Positions 1 through 11,521 of a stretch of DNA of 64,000 nucleotides are shown here, piece after piece. The notes beneath the pieces are model-generated. The model saw only the letters and a list, made by a program, of their open reading frames with translations. It was not told the origin of the DNA and did not search any database. The stretch spans positions 416,001 through 480,000 of the forward strand of contig OZ250183.1 of the NCBI GenBank assembly GCA_965238225.1, written 5' to 3'. The position numbers were made by a program, and so were the translations under genes. The stretch is from Gammaproteobacteria bacterium. GTDB lineage: Bacteria; Pseudomonadota; Gammaproteobacteria; Eutrophobiales; Eutrophobiaceae. Position 1 is the first letter of the stretch, and each line of letters starts with the position of its first letter.

Positions 1-521
<521 letters not shown>

Positions 522-556
522 TTCTGTTTACGTGTTTAACCTAGGAAGTTTAATTA

Positions 557-1231
557 ATGTTCAATGATATTACAATAGCCGTTTCCAAGGGGCGCATATT
601 TAAAAATGCAATGCCACTTCTGGCTGCGTTGGATATTTACCCTACCGAAGCATCCGAGACAACGCGCAAGTTGCTTTTAGAAACAAATCATCCTGATATA
701 CAAATTATTATCGTTCGTGCAACAGATGTCCCCACTTACGTAGAATATGGTGCGGCTGATATTGGTATTGCAGGCAAGGATATGTTGTTGGAGTATGATG
801 GTAATGGATTGTATGAACTGCTAGATTTAAAAATTGCTCAGTGCAAAATGGTTCTTGCAGAACCAAAGTGCCTGAGTGATGAAGGTAACCCTGCCACAGA
901 AACTAACTTTGGCAAAGTGCGCGCAAGCAGAAAGAGAGTTGCCACCAAGTATGTTAACACTGCACGTAATTATTTTGCCAATCAGGGTAAGCAGGTAGAA
1001 ATTATCAAACTATATGGCTCTATGGAACTTGCGCCAGTTTTGGGTTTGGCTGATCAGATTGTTGATCTAATTGATACAGGAAATACACTGAAAGCCAATG
1101 GCCTTGTTGAGGTAGAAACCATCATGGATATCAGCTCAAGATTAGTTGTCAATAAAGGCGCAATGAAAATGAAAAGTGATCTCATTAAGCCAATGATAAG
1201 AAAACTCATAGAAGTCGTAGATGCAAAATGA
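557..1231 (+). CDS. hisG: ATP phosphoribosyltransferase, short (HisZ-dependent) form
   Basis: [47 protein letters not shown]; 224 aa with no C-terminal regulatory domain. Confidence 0.96.
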   Translation: MFNDITIAVSKGRIFKNAMPLLAALDIYPTEASETTRKLLLETNHPDIQIIIVRATDVPTYVEYGAADIGIAGKDMLLEYDGNGLYELLDLKIAQCKMVLAEPKCLSDEGNPATETNFGKVRASRKRVATKYVNTARNYFANQGKQVEIIKLYGSMELAPVLGLADQIVDLIDTGNTLKANGLVEVETIMDISSRLVVNKGAMKMKSDLIKPMIRKLIEVVDAK

Positions 1232-2523
1232 AACTACGTCGTTTAGATAGTTCTGTTACTGTTTTTGATGAACAATTAAATTTACTGCTTTCTAATTCGA
1301 ATGAACCTTCTGTAGAAATTAGTCGAACCGTCGAGTCTATTCTGGCTGATGTCAGAGCACGTGGTGATGATGCGTTACTGGAATACACCAATCGTTTTGA
1401 TGAACATGATATGACCATTGATGAAATTGAAATATCAACTGCAGAACTTAAAGAAGCCTTGGAAACGATCCCGGTTGAGTTACGCGAAGGGCTGCAACAT
1501 GCAGCAGGAAGAGTGCGTGACTATCATGAAAGACATAAGCTTAAATCATGGTCGTATCAGGATAAAGAAGGGAATACGCTAGGACAACAAGTCACACCGT
1601 TAGACAGTGTAGGCATATATGTACCTGGAGGAAAAGCGGCCTATCCTTCATCTGTGCTTATGAATGCCTTACCTGCCCATGTTGCAGGTGTGCCTGAAGT
1701 TATTATGGTTATGCCTACCCCTTTGGGCGAAAAAAATCAGATGGTTTTGGCAGCGGCAGCGATTTCAGGAGTTAGTAAAGTGTTCTCTATTGGTGGCGCA
1801 CAAGCAGTGGCAGCGCTCGCTTATGGAACTGTATCTGTGCCAAAGGTAGATAAGATAGTTGGGCCGGGAAATATCTACGTAGCGACAGCAAAGAAACAGG
1901 TCTTTGGTAGTGTAGGTATTGATATGATCGCGGGTCCATCAGAAGTGCTTATTGTCAGTGATGGGACAAGTAATCCAGACTGGGTGGCAATGGATTTGTT
2001 TGCTCAAGCAGAACATGATGAAATGGCTCGTGCTATTTTGATTTGCCCAAAAGTTGACTTTCTTGATGCCGTCGAAGAAAGTATCTCTCGAATGTTACCT
2101 GATATGGAACGGAAAGATATTATCAAAAGTTCACTTGATAAAAATGGTGCCTTAATTCTTGTTAAAGATATTGACGAGGCTATTTTTTTTGTTAATCAAA
2201 TTGCACCAGAACATCTCGAGCTTTCTGTGACAAAACCGCAAACATTATTACCCAAAATTCGGCATGCCGGCGCTATATTTATGGGACATTACGCGGCAGA
2301 AGTCTTGGGTGATTATTGTGCAGGACCAAATCATGTTTTGCCGACAGCGCGTACCGCTAGATTTTCTTCGCCTCTTGGGGTGTACGATTTTCAGAAACGA
2401 TCTTCAGTAATTATGTGCACAGATGAGTCTGCATCTTCACTAGCATCAACTGCTTCTGTATTGGCGCATGGAGAAGGACTAACAGCACACGCACTTTCTG
2501 CAAAATATCGAATCAAATCTTGA
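1228..2523 (+). CDS. hisD: histidinol dehydrogenase
   Basis: [51 protein letters not shown]; ATGA overlap with hisG. Confidence 0.97.
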   Translation: MKLRRLDSSVTVFDEQLNLLLSNSNEPSVEISRTVESILADVRARGDDALLEYTNRFDEHDMTIDEIEISTAELKEALETIPVELREGLQHAAGRVRDYHERHKLKSWSYQDKEGNTLGQQVTPLDSVGIYVPGGKAAYPSSVLMNALPAHVAGVPEVIMVMPTPLGEKNQMVLAAAAISGVSKVFSIGGAQAVAALAYGTVSVPKVDKIVGPGNIYVATAKKQVFGSVGIDMIAGPSEVLIVSDGTSNPDWVAMDLFAQAEHDEMARAILICPKVDFLDAVEESISRMLPDMERKDIIKSSLDKNGALILVKDIDEAIFFVNQIAPEHLELSVTKPQTLLPKIRHAGAIFMGHYAAEVLGDYCAGPNHVLPTARTARFSSPLGVYDFQKRSSVIMCTDESASSLASTASVLAHGEGLTAHALSAKYRIKS

Positions 2524-2560
2524 CCCACTATTAAGTACGCCAAACAAATTTTCTGTAAAA

Positions 2561-2846
2561 GTACGATTACAGAAGTGGATTAAACCGGAGTTGCTTGCAG
2601 CTCGTGCTTATTATGTGCCTAATGCAGAGGGCTTGCTCAAACTAGACGCTATGGAAAACCTGTATCTATATACCCGTCGAATTACGGGAGAAGATATTGG
2701 AGGTTATTTCCAGTGCCCAAATCAATCGGTATCCAGACCCCGATGCCAGTGTTTTGAAGCAAAGCTTGCGTGAGGTAATAGATATTCCAGATGGCATGCA
2801 GATCATGTTAGGTATTGTTGCTTTGCAATCGGCGTTATTATGTTAG
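2561..2846 (+). pseudogene. hisC: histidinol-phosphate aminotransferase remnant (N-terminal ~85 codons, frameshifted and truncated)
   Basis: One frame reads WIKPELLAARAYYVPNAEGLLKLDAMEN. After a shift near 2665-2670 the next frame reads IPVELREKILEVISSAQINRYPDPDASVLKQSLREVIDIPDGMQIMLG, then diverges just before the expected NGSDE motif and stops at 2844-2846. It sits directly after hisD. Confidence 0.88.
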
Positions 2847-2946
2847 CTTTGTTGCATGTTTTTACAAACAGAAATTAAGCCAGATGCTTTTATTTTTGTT
2901 CATTAACGGGACATGATATAGGGCAGAGCATTATTTAAGCAGAAGA

Positions 2947-4065
2947 TTAGCCTCTTTTAACAGGCGGTCGTTGAGCAACAACGGCATTTATTTTCAGCTC
3001 TTTCCAGCCGCGTACAAGTGTTATTTCAGTTTTAGAGGTGGGCGCGAGTTTAGCGATGGCGTCGATGGTTTGTCGTGGGTCAATAATGACTTGTCCCTCA
3101 ATCTTGATGACCACATCACCAGGATTGATACCAGCAATAGCAGCGGGGCTACCCTGCAGTACTCCTGAGATTATTACACCGCCTTTCATCAAACCCATGG
3201 CTTCTGCTATGTCTGTGGGCAGAGGTTGTGCCTGAATACCTATCCAGCCGCGTACGACTCGTCCGTTTTTAACGAGTTGTTGCATAACTTCAAGCGCTTC
3301 GTTGATTGGAGTTGCGAGCCCGATACCCTGAGAAGCACCTATGGTTTTGTAGATGGCAGTATTTATCCCAATTAAATTTCCTTCTGAAGATATTAAAGCA
3401 CCCCCTGAATTGCCGGGGTTAATGTCTGCGTCGGTCTCGATAAAATTATCGAAAGTTGTGATGCCGAGCCGTTTTCTGCCAGTGGCACTGATGATTCCTT
3501 GCGTGACGGTTTGACCAAAATCATAAGGGTTACCAATGGCGAGGACAACATCACCAATACGGATTTGGCTGGAGTCACCTAAGGGGATGATAGGAAGATT
3601 GTCCAGATCAATCTGCAAGACGGCCAAATCTGTATCACTATCAATGCCTATGATTTTAGCAATTGTTTCCCGACCGTCACGTAAGATTACAAATATTTTC
3701 TCGGCACCTTGTATCACATGTGCGTTGGTAAGAATGTGCCCTTTTGTGTCCATAATGACACCAGAGCCTTTGCTCTCGATTTTTTTCTTTGTACTATTTG
3801 CAGTGAGCTTGCCTCTAGAGGATTCTTCAAAGAATCTTCTAAGCAGAGGGTCTTGCAGGATTGAATTTCTAGATTCTGTGTACGTGTTGCCAGAATAAAC
3901 ATTTACCACTGCAGGGGCGGTAGCCTTTATTGCTGTGTGGTACGAATCTATTTGTTTGGCTGTGTTAAAAGGAAAATTTTTTGGCAATAATAAAATGACT
4001 GCAGCCACAGCAAGCCCGATAACAATAAATTGAGTCACAAAAATCAGTGTTTGTTTTAAGTTCAT
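2947..4065 (-). CDS. degS: DegS/AlgW-type periplasmic serine protease with one PDZ domain
   Basis: TNAHV, DTDLAVL, DADINPGNSGGAL, N-terminal TM segment, single PDZ. ATG 4065 preferred over the track start at 4116. Confidence 0.88.
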   Translation of the reverse strand: MNLKQTLIFVTQFIVIGLAVAAVILLLPKNFPFNTAKQIDSYHTAIKATAPAVVNVYSGNTYTESRNSILQDPLLRRFFEESSRGKLTANSTKKKIESKGSGVIMDTKGHILTNAHVIQGAEKIFVILRDGRETIAKIIGIDSDTDLAVLQIDLDNLPIIPLGDSSQIRIGDVVLAIGNPYDFGQTVTQGIISATGRKRLGITTFDNFIETDADINPGNSGGALISSEGNLIGINTAIYKTIGASQGIGLATPINEALEVMQQLVKNGRVVRGWIGIQAQPLPTDIAEAMGLMKGGVIISGVLQGSPAAIAGINPGDVVIKIEGQVIIDPRQTIDAIAKLAPTSKTEITLVRGWKELKINAVVAQRPPVKRG

Positions 4066-4143
4066 CGCTAGTTTCAAATCTAGAGGTGCTTGTATTTGCC
4101 CAGAGAAAATTAACAACCTTCCAGTAAAAGGCTTGACATAGCA

Positions 4144-4152
4144 TGGTATACT
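4144..4152 (+). promoter_or_regulatory. candidate extended -10 promoter element (TGnTATACT) for petABC
   Basis: TGGTATACT lies about 90 nt upstream of petA; no properly spaced -35 found. Confidence 0.35.
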
Positions 4153-4239
4153 ACCGAACTTGGGCGAGAATAATAGTAACTTGCAGTTGTTCTTTAATAA
4201 TCATTTGTGAGTCATAAATAGAATTTTCTGGTGGGTAAG

Positions 4240-4860
4240 ATGCAAGACGACAGTCAAAATAATGGTATAGATAAAAAGCGGCGCCATTTTCTTACAGCTG
4301 CTGCGACTATTGTAGGCGGCGCTGGCGTTTTAGCGACTGCTGTACCCTTTGTATCCACATTAGCACCAAGCGCCAAGACCAAGGCAATTGGCGGACCAAT
4401 TGAAGTAGATATTTCAGGATTAAAGCCAGGCGAGAGGATAGTGGAAAAGTGGCGTGGCAAGCCGGTCTGGATTTTACGCAGGAGTGAAGAGTCGCTTGTC
4501 GATTTGGCGCAGATGGTCAATGTATTACGTGACCCAAAATCTAATGTCGAGCAACAGCCTCGATATGCAAAAAATGAGTACCGATCCATCAATCCTGAAT
4601 ATCTGGTTGTGATAGGTTTGTGTACGCACCTTGGTTGTTCCCCGAGCTATCTTGCAAGGAATGAGGAAAATGATTTTGGTGCGGATTGGAAAGGTGGTTT
4701 TTTCTGTCCCTGCCATGGGTCAAAATTTGACCTTGCTGGGCGTGTCTTCAAAGGTGTGCCAGCTCCGGCAAATCTGGTGGTGCCGAAATATCAGTTCATC
4801 AACGAAACAACAATATTGATCGGTGATGATTCAAGCAATGATGTGAGGGCAAGTTCATGA
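4240..4860 (+). CDS. petA: ubiquinol-cytochrome c reductase Rieske Fe-S subunit
   Basis: Tat motif KRRHFL, CTHLGC and CPCHGS; start could be GTG 4231 or ATG 4240. Confidence 0.97.
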   Translation: MQDDSQNNGIDKKRRHFLTAAATIVGGAGVLATAVPFVSTLAPSAKTKAIGGPIEVDISGLKPGERIVEKWRGKPVWILRRSEESLVDLAQMVNVLRDPKSNVEQQPRYAKNEYRSINPEYLVVIGLCTHLGCSPSYLARNEENDFGADWKGGFFCPCHGSKFDLAGRVFKGVPAPANLVVPKYQFINETTILIGDDSSNDVRASS

Positions 4861-6098
4861 GTAAGTTTGTTCAGCAGGGAGTGAAATTGTTGAACAATAC
4901 GCGTGTCTGGGTAGATGACCGTTTTCCCCTGACCAAGACTTGGAATGAGCATTTAGCCAAGTATTACGTGCCAAAGAATTTTAATTTTTGGTACTACTTT
5001 GGTTCTTTGGCATTATTTGTCTTAGTCATTCAAATTGTCACGGGTATTTGGCTTACCATGAATTACAAACCTTCCGCTGAAGATGCATTTGCATCTGTGG
5101 AATACATTATGCGTGACGTTGATTGGGGTTGGTGGATTCGTTATATGCATTCAACAGGTGCATCTGCCTTCTTTATCGTTGTTTACCTGCATATGTTTCG
5201 AGGGTTGATGTATGGTTCTTTTAAAAGACCAAGAGAACTTTTATGGCTGACTGGGGTATTTATTTACCTTGTCCTCATGGCCGAAGCATTTTTTGGTTAT
5301 TTACTGCCCTGGGGACAAATGTCCTACTGGGGCGCGCAGGTGATCATTTCATTATTTGGTGCCATACCCTTTGTAGGTTCTGAGTTGGCTGAATGGATTC
5401 GAGGTGATTATGTTGTCTCAGATGTAACACTAAACCGCTTTTTTTCTTTCCATGTCATTGCTGTGCCATTGATACTTTGTGGCTTAGTTGGATTACATAT
5501 CTTTGCACTGCATGAAGTCGGTTCTAATAATCCTGATGGTGTGGAAATCAAAAAACATAAAGATGCGAGTGGCGTGCCATTGGATGGTATCCCTTTTCAT
5601 CCATATTACACGGTCAAAGATATCGTGGGCATAGTAGTTTTTTTAATTTTTTTCAGTTTAATAGTATTTTTTAATCCTGAAATGGGCGGCTATTTTTTAG
5701 AGCCTGCAAACTTTATCCCGGCAGATCCGCTAAAGACACCTGAACATATTGCGCCAGTGTGGTATTTCACGCCGTTCTACGCTATCCTGCGCGCTGTCCC
5801 AGACAAGCTTCTGGGTGTCGTGGCTATGGGCGCTTCCACTTTGATCTTCATGGCATTACCATGGTTGGATCGAAGTCCGGTGAAGTCAATTCGTTACCGT
5901 GGATGGAAATACAGAACCGCATTATCAATATTTGTAGTTACATTTATTAGCTTGGGGTGGCTTGGTGTGCAGGTTGCGACACCTAATGTGACAATGGCAT
6001 CAAGAATTTTTGCGATTCTTTATTTTCTATTCTTTTTGTTGATGCCTTTTTATACAGCAAACGATACGGACAAACCCGTCCCGGATCGAGTGACTTAA
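4857..6098 (+). CDS. petB: cytochrome b (bc1 complex)
   Basis: WYYFGSL, RYMHSTGASAFF, LPWGQMSYW, TLNRFFSFH, HIAPVWYF. Confidence 0.97.
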   Translation: MSKFVQQGVKLLNNTRVWVDDRFPLTKTWNEHLAKYYVPKNFNFWYYFGSLALFVLVIQIVTGIWLTMNYKPSAEDAFASVEYIMRDVDWGWWIRYMHSTGASAFFIVVYLHMFRGLMYGSFKRPRELLWLTGVFIYLVLMAEAFFGYLLPWGQMSYWGAQVIISLFGAIPFVGSELAEWIRGDYVVSDVTLNRFFSFHVIAVPLILCGLVGLHIFALHEVGSNNPDGVEIKKHKDASGVPLDGIPFHPYYTVKDIVGIVVFLIFFSLIVFFNPEMGGYFLEPANFIPADPLKTPEHIAPVWYFTPFYAILRAVPDKLLGVVAMGASTLIFMALPWLDRSPVKSIRYRGWKYRTALSIFVVTFISLGWLGVQVATPNVTMASRIFAILYFLFFLLMPFYTANDTDKPVPDRVT

Positions 6099-6101
6099 AA
6101 A

Positions 6102-6845
6102 ATGGAGCGCACAATAATTTTATTTGTTGTTGCATTTTTTTGGCCATTGGCTACTTCAGCGATATCTACTGGTTATCCTTCCTTTAAAGCAGATGTGGAT
6201 GTTACCGATAAGCCCTCGTTACAACGTGGCGCAAAAACATTCGTGAATTATTGTATGGGCTGCCATTCAGCTGCCTATATGCGTTATAATCGCATGGGTG
6301 AAGATCTAGGCATTGAAGAATCAATCTTGCAGAGCAACCTGATGTTTGGCACTGAAAAAAGTGGCGATACTATGATGATTGCAATGCAGAAAATAGATGC
6401 CGAGAAATTTTTCGGTACAGCGGCACCGGATTTATCAGTGATCGCTCGTTCAAGAGGTGCCGATTGGCTGTTCACCTACTTTATGACTTTTTACCGTGAT
6501 GATTCCAGACCTTTTGGTGTCAATAATCTGGCATTCAAAGATGTGGCGATGCCACACGTTTTGTGGGAGTTACAGGGGATACAGAAACCTATCTTTAAAA
6601 AGATTGAGTCAGAAGATGGTACGCAACATGAAGTAATCGATCACTTGGAAATAGAAACCCAGGGCTTACTAGACAGTAAAGACTACAAAAATATGGTCAA
6701 TGATCTAGTCAACTTTCTTGTGTATATCGGCGAACCTGCTCAAATACAACGCAAGAAAACGGGTGTGATAGTTATTTTATATTTTTTAATACTTCTGGTC
6801 ATCGTGTATATGTTGAAGCGGGAATATTGGAAAGATGTACATTAA
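6102..6845 (+). CDS. petC: cytochrome c1
   Basis: Signal peptide, CMGCH heme motif, APDLS, AMPHVLWELQG, C-terminal TM followed by EYWKDVH. Confidence 0.96.
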   Translation: MERTIILFVVAFFWPLATSAISTGYPSFKADVDVTDKPSLQRGAKTFVNYCMGCHSAAYMRYNRMGEDLGIEESILQSNLMFGTEKSGDTMMIAMQKIDAEKFFGTAAPDLSVIARSRGADWLFTYFMTFYRDDSRPFGVNNLAFKDVAMPHVLWELQGIQKPIFKKIESEDGTQHEVIDHLEIETQGLLDSKDYKNMVNDLVNFLVYIGEPAQIQRKKTGVIVILYFLILLVIVYMLKREYWKDVH

Positions 6846-6869
6846 TACTTATTTTTATTAGGAGGTGTG

Positions 6870-7511
6870 ATGGCGGGCATAGCCAATAGGCGTTCTGTAA
6901 TGGTGTTGTATTCTGATAGCACTAGTTCTGCAAGTCATTGTGTGCGGTTGGTTCTAAATGAAAAAGATATCAATGTTGAAATTAATTATATCGAAGATGG
7001 AGAACGTCCAGAAGCGCTGGTTGAAATTAATCCATATAATTCTGTTCTGACATTAATTGACAGAGATCTGATTTTATATGATGAACAGATTATCATGGAA
7101 TATCTTGATGAAAGATTTCCTCATCCACCATTGTTGCCAGTAGATCCGGTTGCTAGGGCAGGTAATCGCCAATTACGTTTCCGTGTTATGAAAGATTTAT
7201 ATTCTTTGATTGATGATATTGAATCATCAGATAGTTCAAAAGTTAGTGGTGCACAAAAAACTATGAAAGATCACCTGACTGCAATTGCGCCAGCATTTAT
7301 GCAGAAACCTTATTTTATGTCTGATGAATATACTTTGGTTGATTGTTGTCTGGCGACTTTGTTATGGCGCTTACCAAAATACGGTGTCAAGTTACCAGCA
7401 TCAACCCGCTCACTTAAAGAATATGCAGAAAAGATTTTTGCAAGGGACACCTTCCAGAACAGCATTTCTGAAGCAGAAAAAGAAATGCGTGTCTCGAACA
7501 GTGTCTGGTAA
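6870..7511 (+). CDS. sspA: stringent starvation protein A
   Basis: NPYNSV, EYLDERFPHPPLLPVDPVAR; SD AGGAGG upstream; conserved petABC-sspAB order. Confidence 0.95.
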   Translation: MAGIANRRSVMVLYSDSTSSASHCVRLVLNEKDINVEINYIEDGERPEALVEINPYNSVLTLIDRDLILYDEQIIMEYLDERFPHPPLLPVDPVARAGNRQLRFRVMKDLYSLIDDIESSDSSKVSGAQKTMKDHLTAIAPAFMQKPYFMSDEYTLVDCCLATLLWRLPKYGVKLPASTRSLKEYAEKIFARDTFQNSISEAEKEMRVSNSVW

Positions 7512-7558
7512 TAATAATCACAAACGAATAGCTATAAATCAATCGTCATAATAAATTA

Positions 7559-7954
7559 ATGACTTCAAATAAACCTTATCTTATCAGGGCATTGAATGAA
7601 TGGATTATTGACAATCAAATGACTTCTTTTCTTCTCGTTGATGCAGAAGTTGAAGGTGTTGAAGTTCCCAAGCAGCATATTATGAATGGTAAGATAGTCT
7701 TGAATATTGCACAAAATGCAGTTGAAAAAATCGCCTTTGAAGATAAATATATTCATTTTTCAACCAGATTCAGTGGTCAGGTTTTTATGATTAATCTTCC
7801 AATCAATGCAGTAATGGCAATCTACGCCAAAGAAAACGGTCAAGGCATGATGTTCTCGGGAGATAAATCTTTAGTGGAAAACAATACTAAAATTGCAGCA
7901 AAAGAATCCAGCAATACTGGTAGGAAAAAACCTGTATTAACGGTTGTTAAGTAA
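7559..7954 (+). CDS. sspB: ClpXP adaptor SspB
   Basis: MTSNKPYLIRALNEWIIDN, IYAKENGQGMMF, C-terminal ClpX-binding tail LTVVK. Confidence 0.95.
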   Translation: MTSNKPYLIRALNEWIIDNQMTSFLLVDAEVEGVEVPKQHIMNGKIVLNIAQNAVEKIAFEDKYIHFSTRFSGQVFMINLPINAVMAIYAKENGQGMMFSGDKSLVENNTKIAAKESSNTGRKKPVLTVVK

Positions 7955-7973
7955 CAGATTCATTCATCGCTAC

Positions 7974-8552
7974 CTAGTCGATGTACTGAAATATCTTCAC
8001 TACTTTTTGCACACCATCCGTTTGTCGAGCTTTTTCGGTGGCTTCATCAGATTCAGCTTTAGTCAAAATCCCCATCAGATAGGCTACACCTTTTTCGGTA
8101 ACGACCTTTATACGTGTTGCGTCAAAACCTTTCAGGTTAAATAGCTTGACTTTTATTTTTGTAGTAATAAGGCTGTCACTGCTACGACTTATCCAAGAGC
8201 TAGGTGCTGCGATAGTCAATTCATCATAAACGCGAGTAACTTTTGGTGTATCTCTGACAATATTGACGATACGATTTCTATTCTCTTCAATTGGTGTTTC
8301 ACCAGTGATTAATACAATTGTGTTATAACTGGTTACATTGATATGTGAGCTTTTTTTGATTTCTTCATTCCTGTAGAGACGTTTAATTATTTTTAACTCT
8401 ATGGCTGAATCTTCGATGAAGGTACCAGTTGTTCGCCTATCATGAGCAACAGTGGCGGTTGTCCCTACAGCTGTACCAATACCAATAATCGCGCATGCAG
8501 AAAATAACATTGGTATTAGAGGGATAAAAATTAATTTTTTGTTAATGTTCAT
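7974..8552 (-). CDS. dolP: dual-BON-domain lipoprotein (DolP/YraP family)
   Basis: Lipobox FSAC, DRRTTGTFIED, two BON repeats (DSLITTKIK, IKVVTEKG); follows gmhA. Confidence 0.88.
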   Translation of the reverse strand: MNINKKLIFIPLIPMLFSACAIIGIGTAVGTTATVAHDRRTTGTFIEDSAIELKIIKRLYRNEEIKKSSHINVTSYNTIVLITGETPIEENRNRIVNIVRDTPKVTRVYDELTIAAPSSWISRSSDSLITTKIKVKLFNLKGFDATRIKVVTEKGVAYLMGILTKAESDEATEKARQTDGVQKVVKIFQYID

Positions 8553-8559
8553 TTTTGTT

Positions 8560-9162
<603 letters not shown>

Positions 9163-9204
9163 CTAAAGTGTTAATTTATCAGTATTCATTAATCTGCGCA
9201 ATGA

Positions 9205-9582
9205 TTATGCCTGAAATGCATTTTTAATCCACTCAATAGTTGGATTTTTTTGCGTGCCAAATAAAACAACAACATCAAATCTGCAGTCTAGATGCGAGGC
9301 ATTACGATTTTCATACAGGTATTGGTGGCTGGTAGATATAATACGCTCACATTTTTTTCTATCAATAGATTCTATGGCGGCATGAAAGTGATTGCTTGAT
9401 CTATAGCGAACCTCAATGAACAAAATGATATTTTTATCTTGCATGATCAAATCGATTTCACCAAATAATGATCTAAAATTTTTATCCAGAAGTTTGAGTT
9501 TCTTAGCTAGGAGATATTCCAATGCTGTTTGTTCAGCCCAACGCCCCCGTTGATAAGAATTTTTTCCTGAATTTCTTGGCAT
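9205..9582 (-). CDS. yraN: YraN (UPF0102) family nuclease-fold protein
   Basis: GEIDLIM, FIEVRYR, CRFDVV, WIKNAF. Confidence 0.93.
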   Translation of the reverse strand: MPRNSGKNSYQRGRWAEQTALEYLLAKKLKLLDKNFRSLFGEIDLIMQDKNIILFIEVRYRSSNHFHAAIESIDRKKCERIISTSHQYLYENRNASHLDCRFDVVVLFGTQKNPTIEWIKNAFQA

Positions 9583-9585
9583 GAA

Positions 9586-11478
9586 TTAAAAATCAAATGC
9601 GTCTATTAATTCTGGCTTTCCATCAATAAATTGAGCCCACATTAGTCTTCTTTGTGCCTTGCCTTCTTCATTGATATTGATATAGCCAGTCTTACCTTCA
9701 TATTGTTGGGTTGGTTGCAAACTAAGTTCGGCAAGTCTGGAGATAAGGCGATAGGCATCTATGCCAAAGGCATAAAATCTTTTGTAGGCTAAATGATTAG
9801 GTTTTTGATAACGTTCAATCGCTCTTTTTAACGGGGAATATTCGTTCTTCTGATCAATCACCCAAGGCATATCAACGAATAAGACACCATCAATATCACG
9901 ATCTTCACGCTTATTTACATTGCCTGTATAAATATTGGAAATAGAATATAGGGCGATATCTTTAATGCCGTAGTAACGCAGTTGCGGGATCAGTTGTCTT
10001 GCTATTGCAGGCGGAACCGCCATGAAGATTAAGTCTATATCATGCCTGCGTCTTGCCTCTGATTTCAGTTTTCTTTGCAAAATATGACGCAGGTCTATGC
10101 TACGTTGCTCACTTTGATGAATGTGAAGGATTCTTTTAATAGGGTCGATAAGTTTATTGATATCTTCTCCAATGCTGACCTGCTCAAGCAGGTTACCTCC
10201 AATTTCTTGCCAGTGAGATGCAAATGCATCATGAATACGTTTGCTTCTTTCATCTTCCGTTGTGATGCTGATTGCTCTGGTGTGTCCATCAAACCAGGCA
10301 CGTTGTGCCACTTGTTTGGCTCCTGTTTCTGGAGATAAGCCAAACTGTATGACAGTGGGGATACCATACAAACTTAATGCGTTTGCAACATTATGATCGC
10401 CGTTATGTTCATTGAGCACCAGTGTCGTTACTGTAATGTCGCCTTGTTCCATCAGGTTTGCGATAGCTGGTTTTTGTAGTGGGCCAACGACAAAATCAGC
10501 ACCTTCTGCAATGGCTTGTGTATATATTGAAACAACATTTTCAGCATCAGTGTCATAAATTTTTACGATCGGTTTGTTATCTCTTGACTCATACCGTGCT
10601 GCCATGAAACCTTCACGTATAGCGATAGAAACATCGTTATATTTTCCTGAAAAAGGTAAAAGTAGAGCAACTTGCGAAGGCTGGCTTGTTAATTTATTGG
10701 AAACAAGTCTTGGAACTATCTCAAATAAGGCAGGATGGCGAGGATATCTTTGTTGCCATCTAGTCATCGAGATTTCAAAATTTACTATATTTTCCAGCAT
10801 AGTTTTGCTGATGATGGCAAGTTCCAGCCAGGCAGTGAACGTATTGGTGTTGTCTATTCGGTATGTGTGAAGTTCACTCGGAGATAGCTGAGATAAATTT
10901 TGCCAAATATTTTGATAATTCATGGAAATTTCCCGAGGATCATCAAGGTAGGAATTTAAAAGAAGCCGTTCTTTAACCGCAGCAAAATATTCTTTTTTCA
11001 GGTGCAGTACTATTGCACGTGTTTCATGAAATTGAGCAAGTACAGATTTTGAAGTTTTAGAAGAAATATTAATACTTAACTTAGCATGTGCATTTTTGAG
11101 ATCATTTTTCCTTAGAGAGATCTGTGCTTCATAAATTGCTTTAAGAGTATACTGATCACCATTTAGTTTTCTATGTGGTAGGGAATCAATAAGCTCACGC
11201 GCCAGATCTATTTTATGGCTTTTAATCAAAGCACCTGTAGCACTTAACTGATAATTGATTCGATTAACAGGATTGGATTTAGCAAGTTTTAGATATTCTT
11301 TGGTGGCAGCATCAAAATTTCCTGTCCGATAAAGTTTTTTTGCGTGCATCTCGCTTTCTGTAACTATAGTATCAGTAACAGGTTTACTTATTTTTGAACC
11401 ACAGCCAGACAAATTCAATACAATCAGGTTTAATAAGGAAAGCAGAAGCAATAGAATGACTGGTTTATTGTGTCGCAT
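9586..11478 (-). CDS. lpoA: penicillin-binding protein activator LpoA (LppC family lipoprotein)
   Basis: Lipobox LSGC, ALLLPFSG, VVGPLQK, YAFGIDAY; divergent from rsmI. Confidence 0.9.
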   Translation of the reverse strand: MRHNKPVILLLLLSLLNLIVLNLSGCGSKISKPVTDTIVTESEMHAKKLYRTGNFDAATKEYLKLAKSNPVNRINYQLSATGALIKSHKIDLARELIDSLPHRKLNGDQYTLKAIYEAQISLRKNDLKNAHAKLSINISSKTSKSVLAQFHETRAIVLHLKKEYFAAVKERLLLNSYLDDPREISMNYQNIWQNLSQLSPSELHTYRIDNTNTFTAWLELAIISKTMLENIVNFEISMTRWQQRYPRHPALFEIVPRLVSNKLTSQPSQVALLLPFSGKYNDVSIAIREGFMAARYESRDNKPIVKIYDTDAENVVSIYTQAIAEGADFVVGPLQKPAIANLMEQGDITVTTLVLNEHNGDHNVANALSLYGIPTVIQFGLSPETGAKQVAQRAWFDGHTRAISITTEDERSKRIHDAFASHWQEIGGNLLEQVSIGEDINKLIDPIKRILHIHQSEQRSIDLRHILQRKLKSEARRRHDIDLIFMAVPPAIARQLIPQLRYYGIKDIALYSISNIYTGNVNKREDRDIDGVLFVDMPWVIDQKNEYSPLKRAIERYQKPNHLAYKRFYAFGIDAYRLISRLAELSLQPTQQYEGKTGYININEEGKAQRRLMWAQFIDGKPELIDAFDF

Positions 11479-11521
11479 TATTTTATTAAAGTAAGCTTTT
11501 GATTTTATATATTACTGTGGC

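Noticed and set aside
2591-2773. 60-aa ORF as a standalone small protein
   Set aside because: It is the first frame of the hisC pseudogene running out of frame after about 2668.
4133-4152. TTGACA plus TATACT as a canonical sigma70 promoter
   Set aside because: The spacer is only 8 nt; only the extended -10 was kept, at low confidence.
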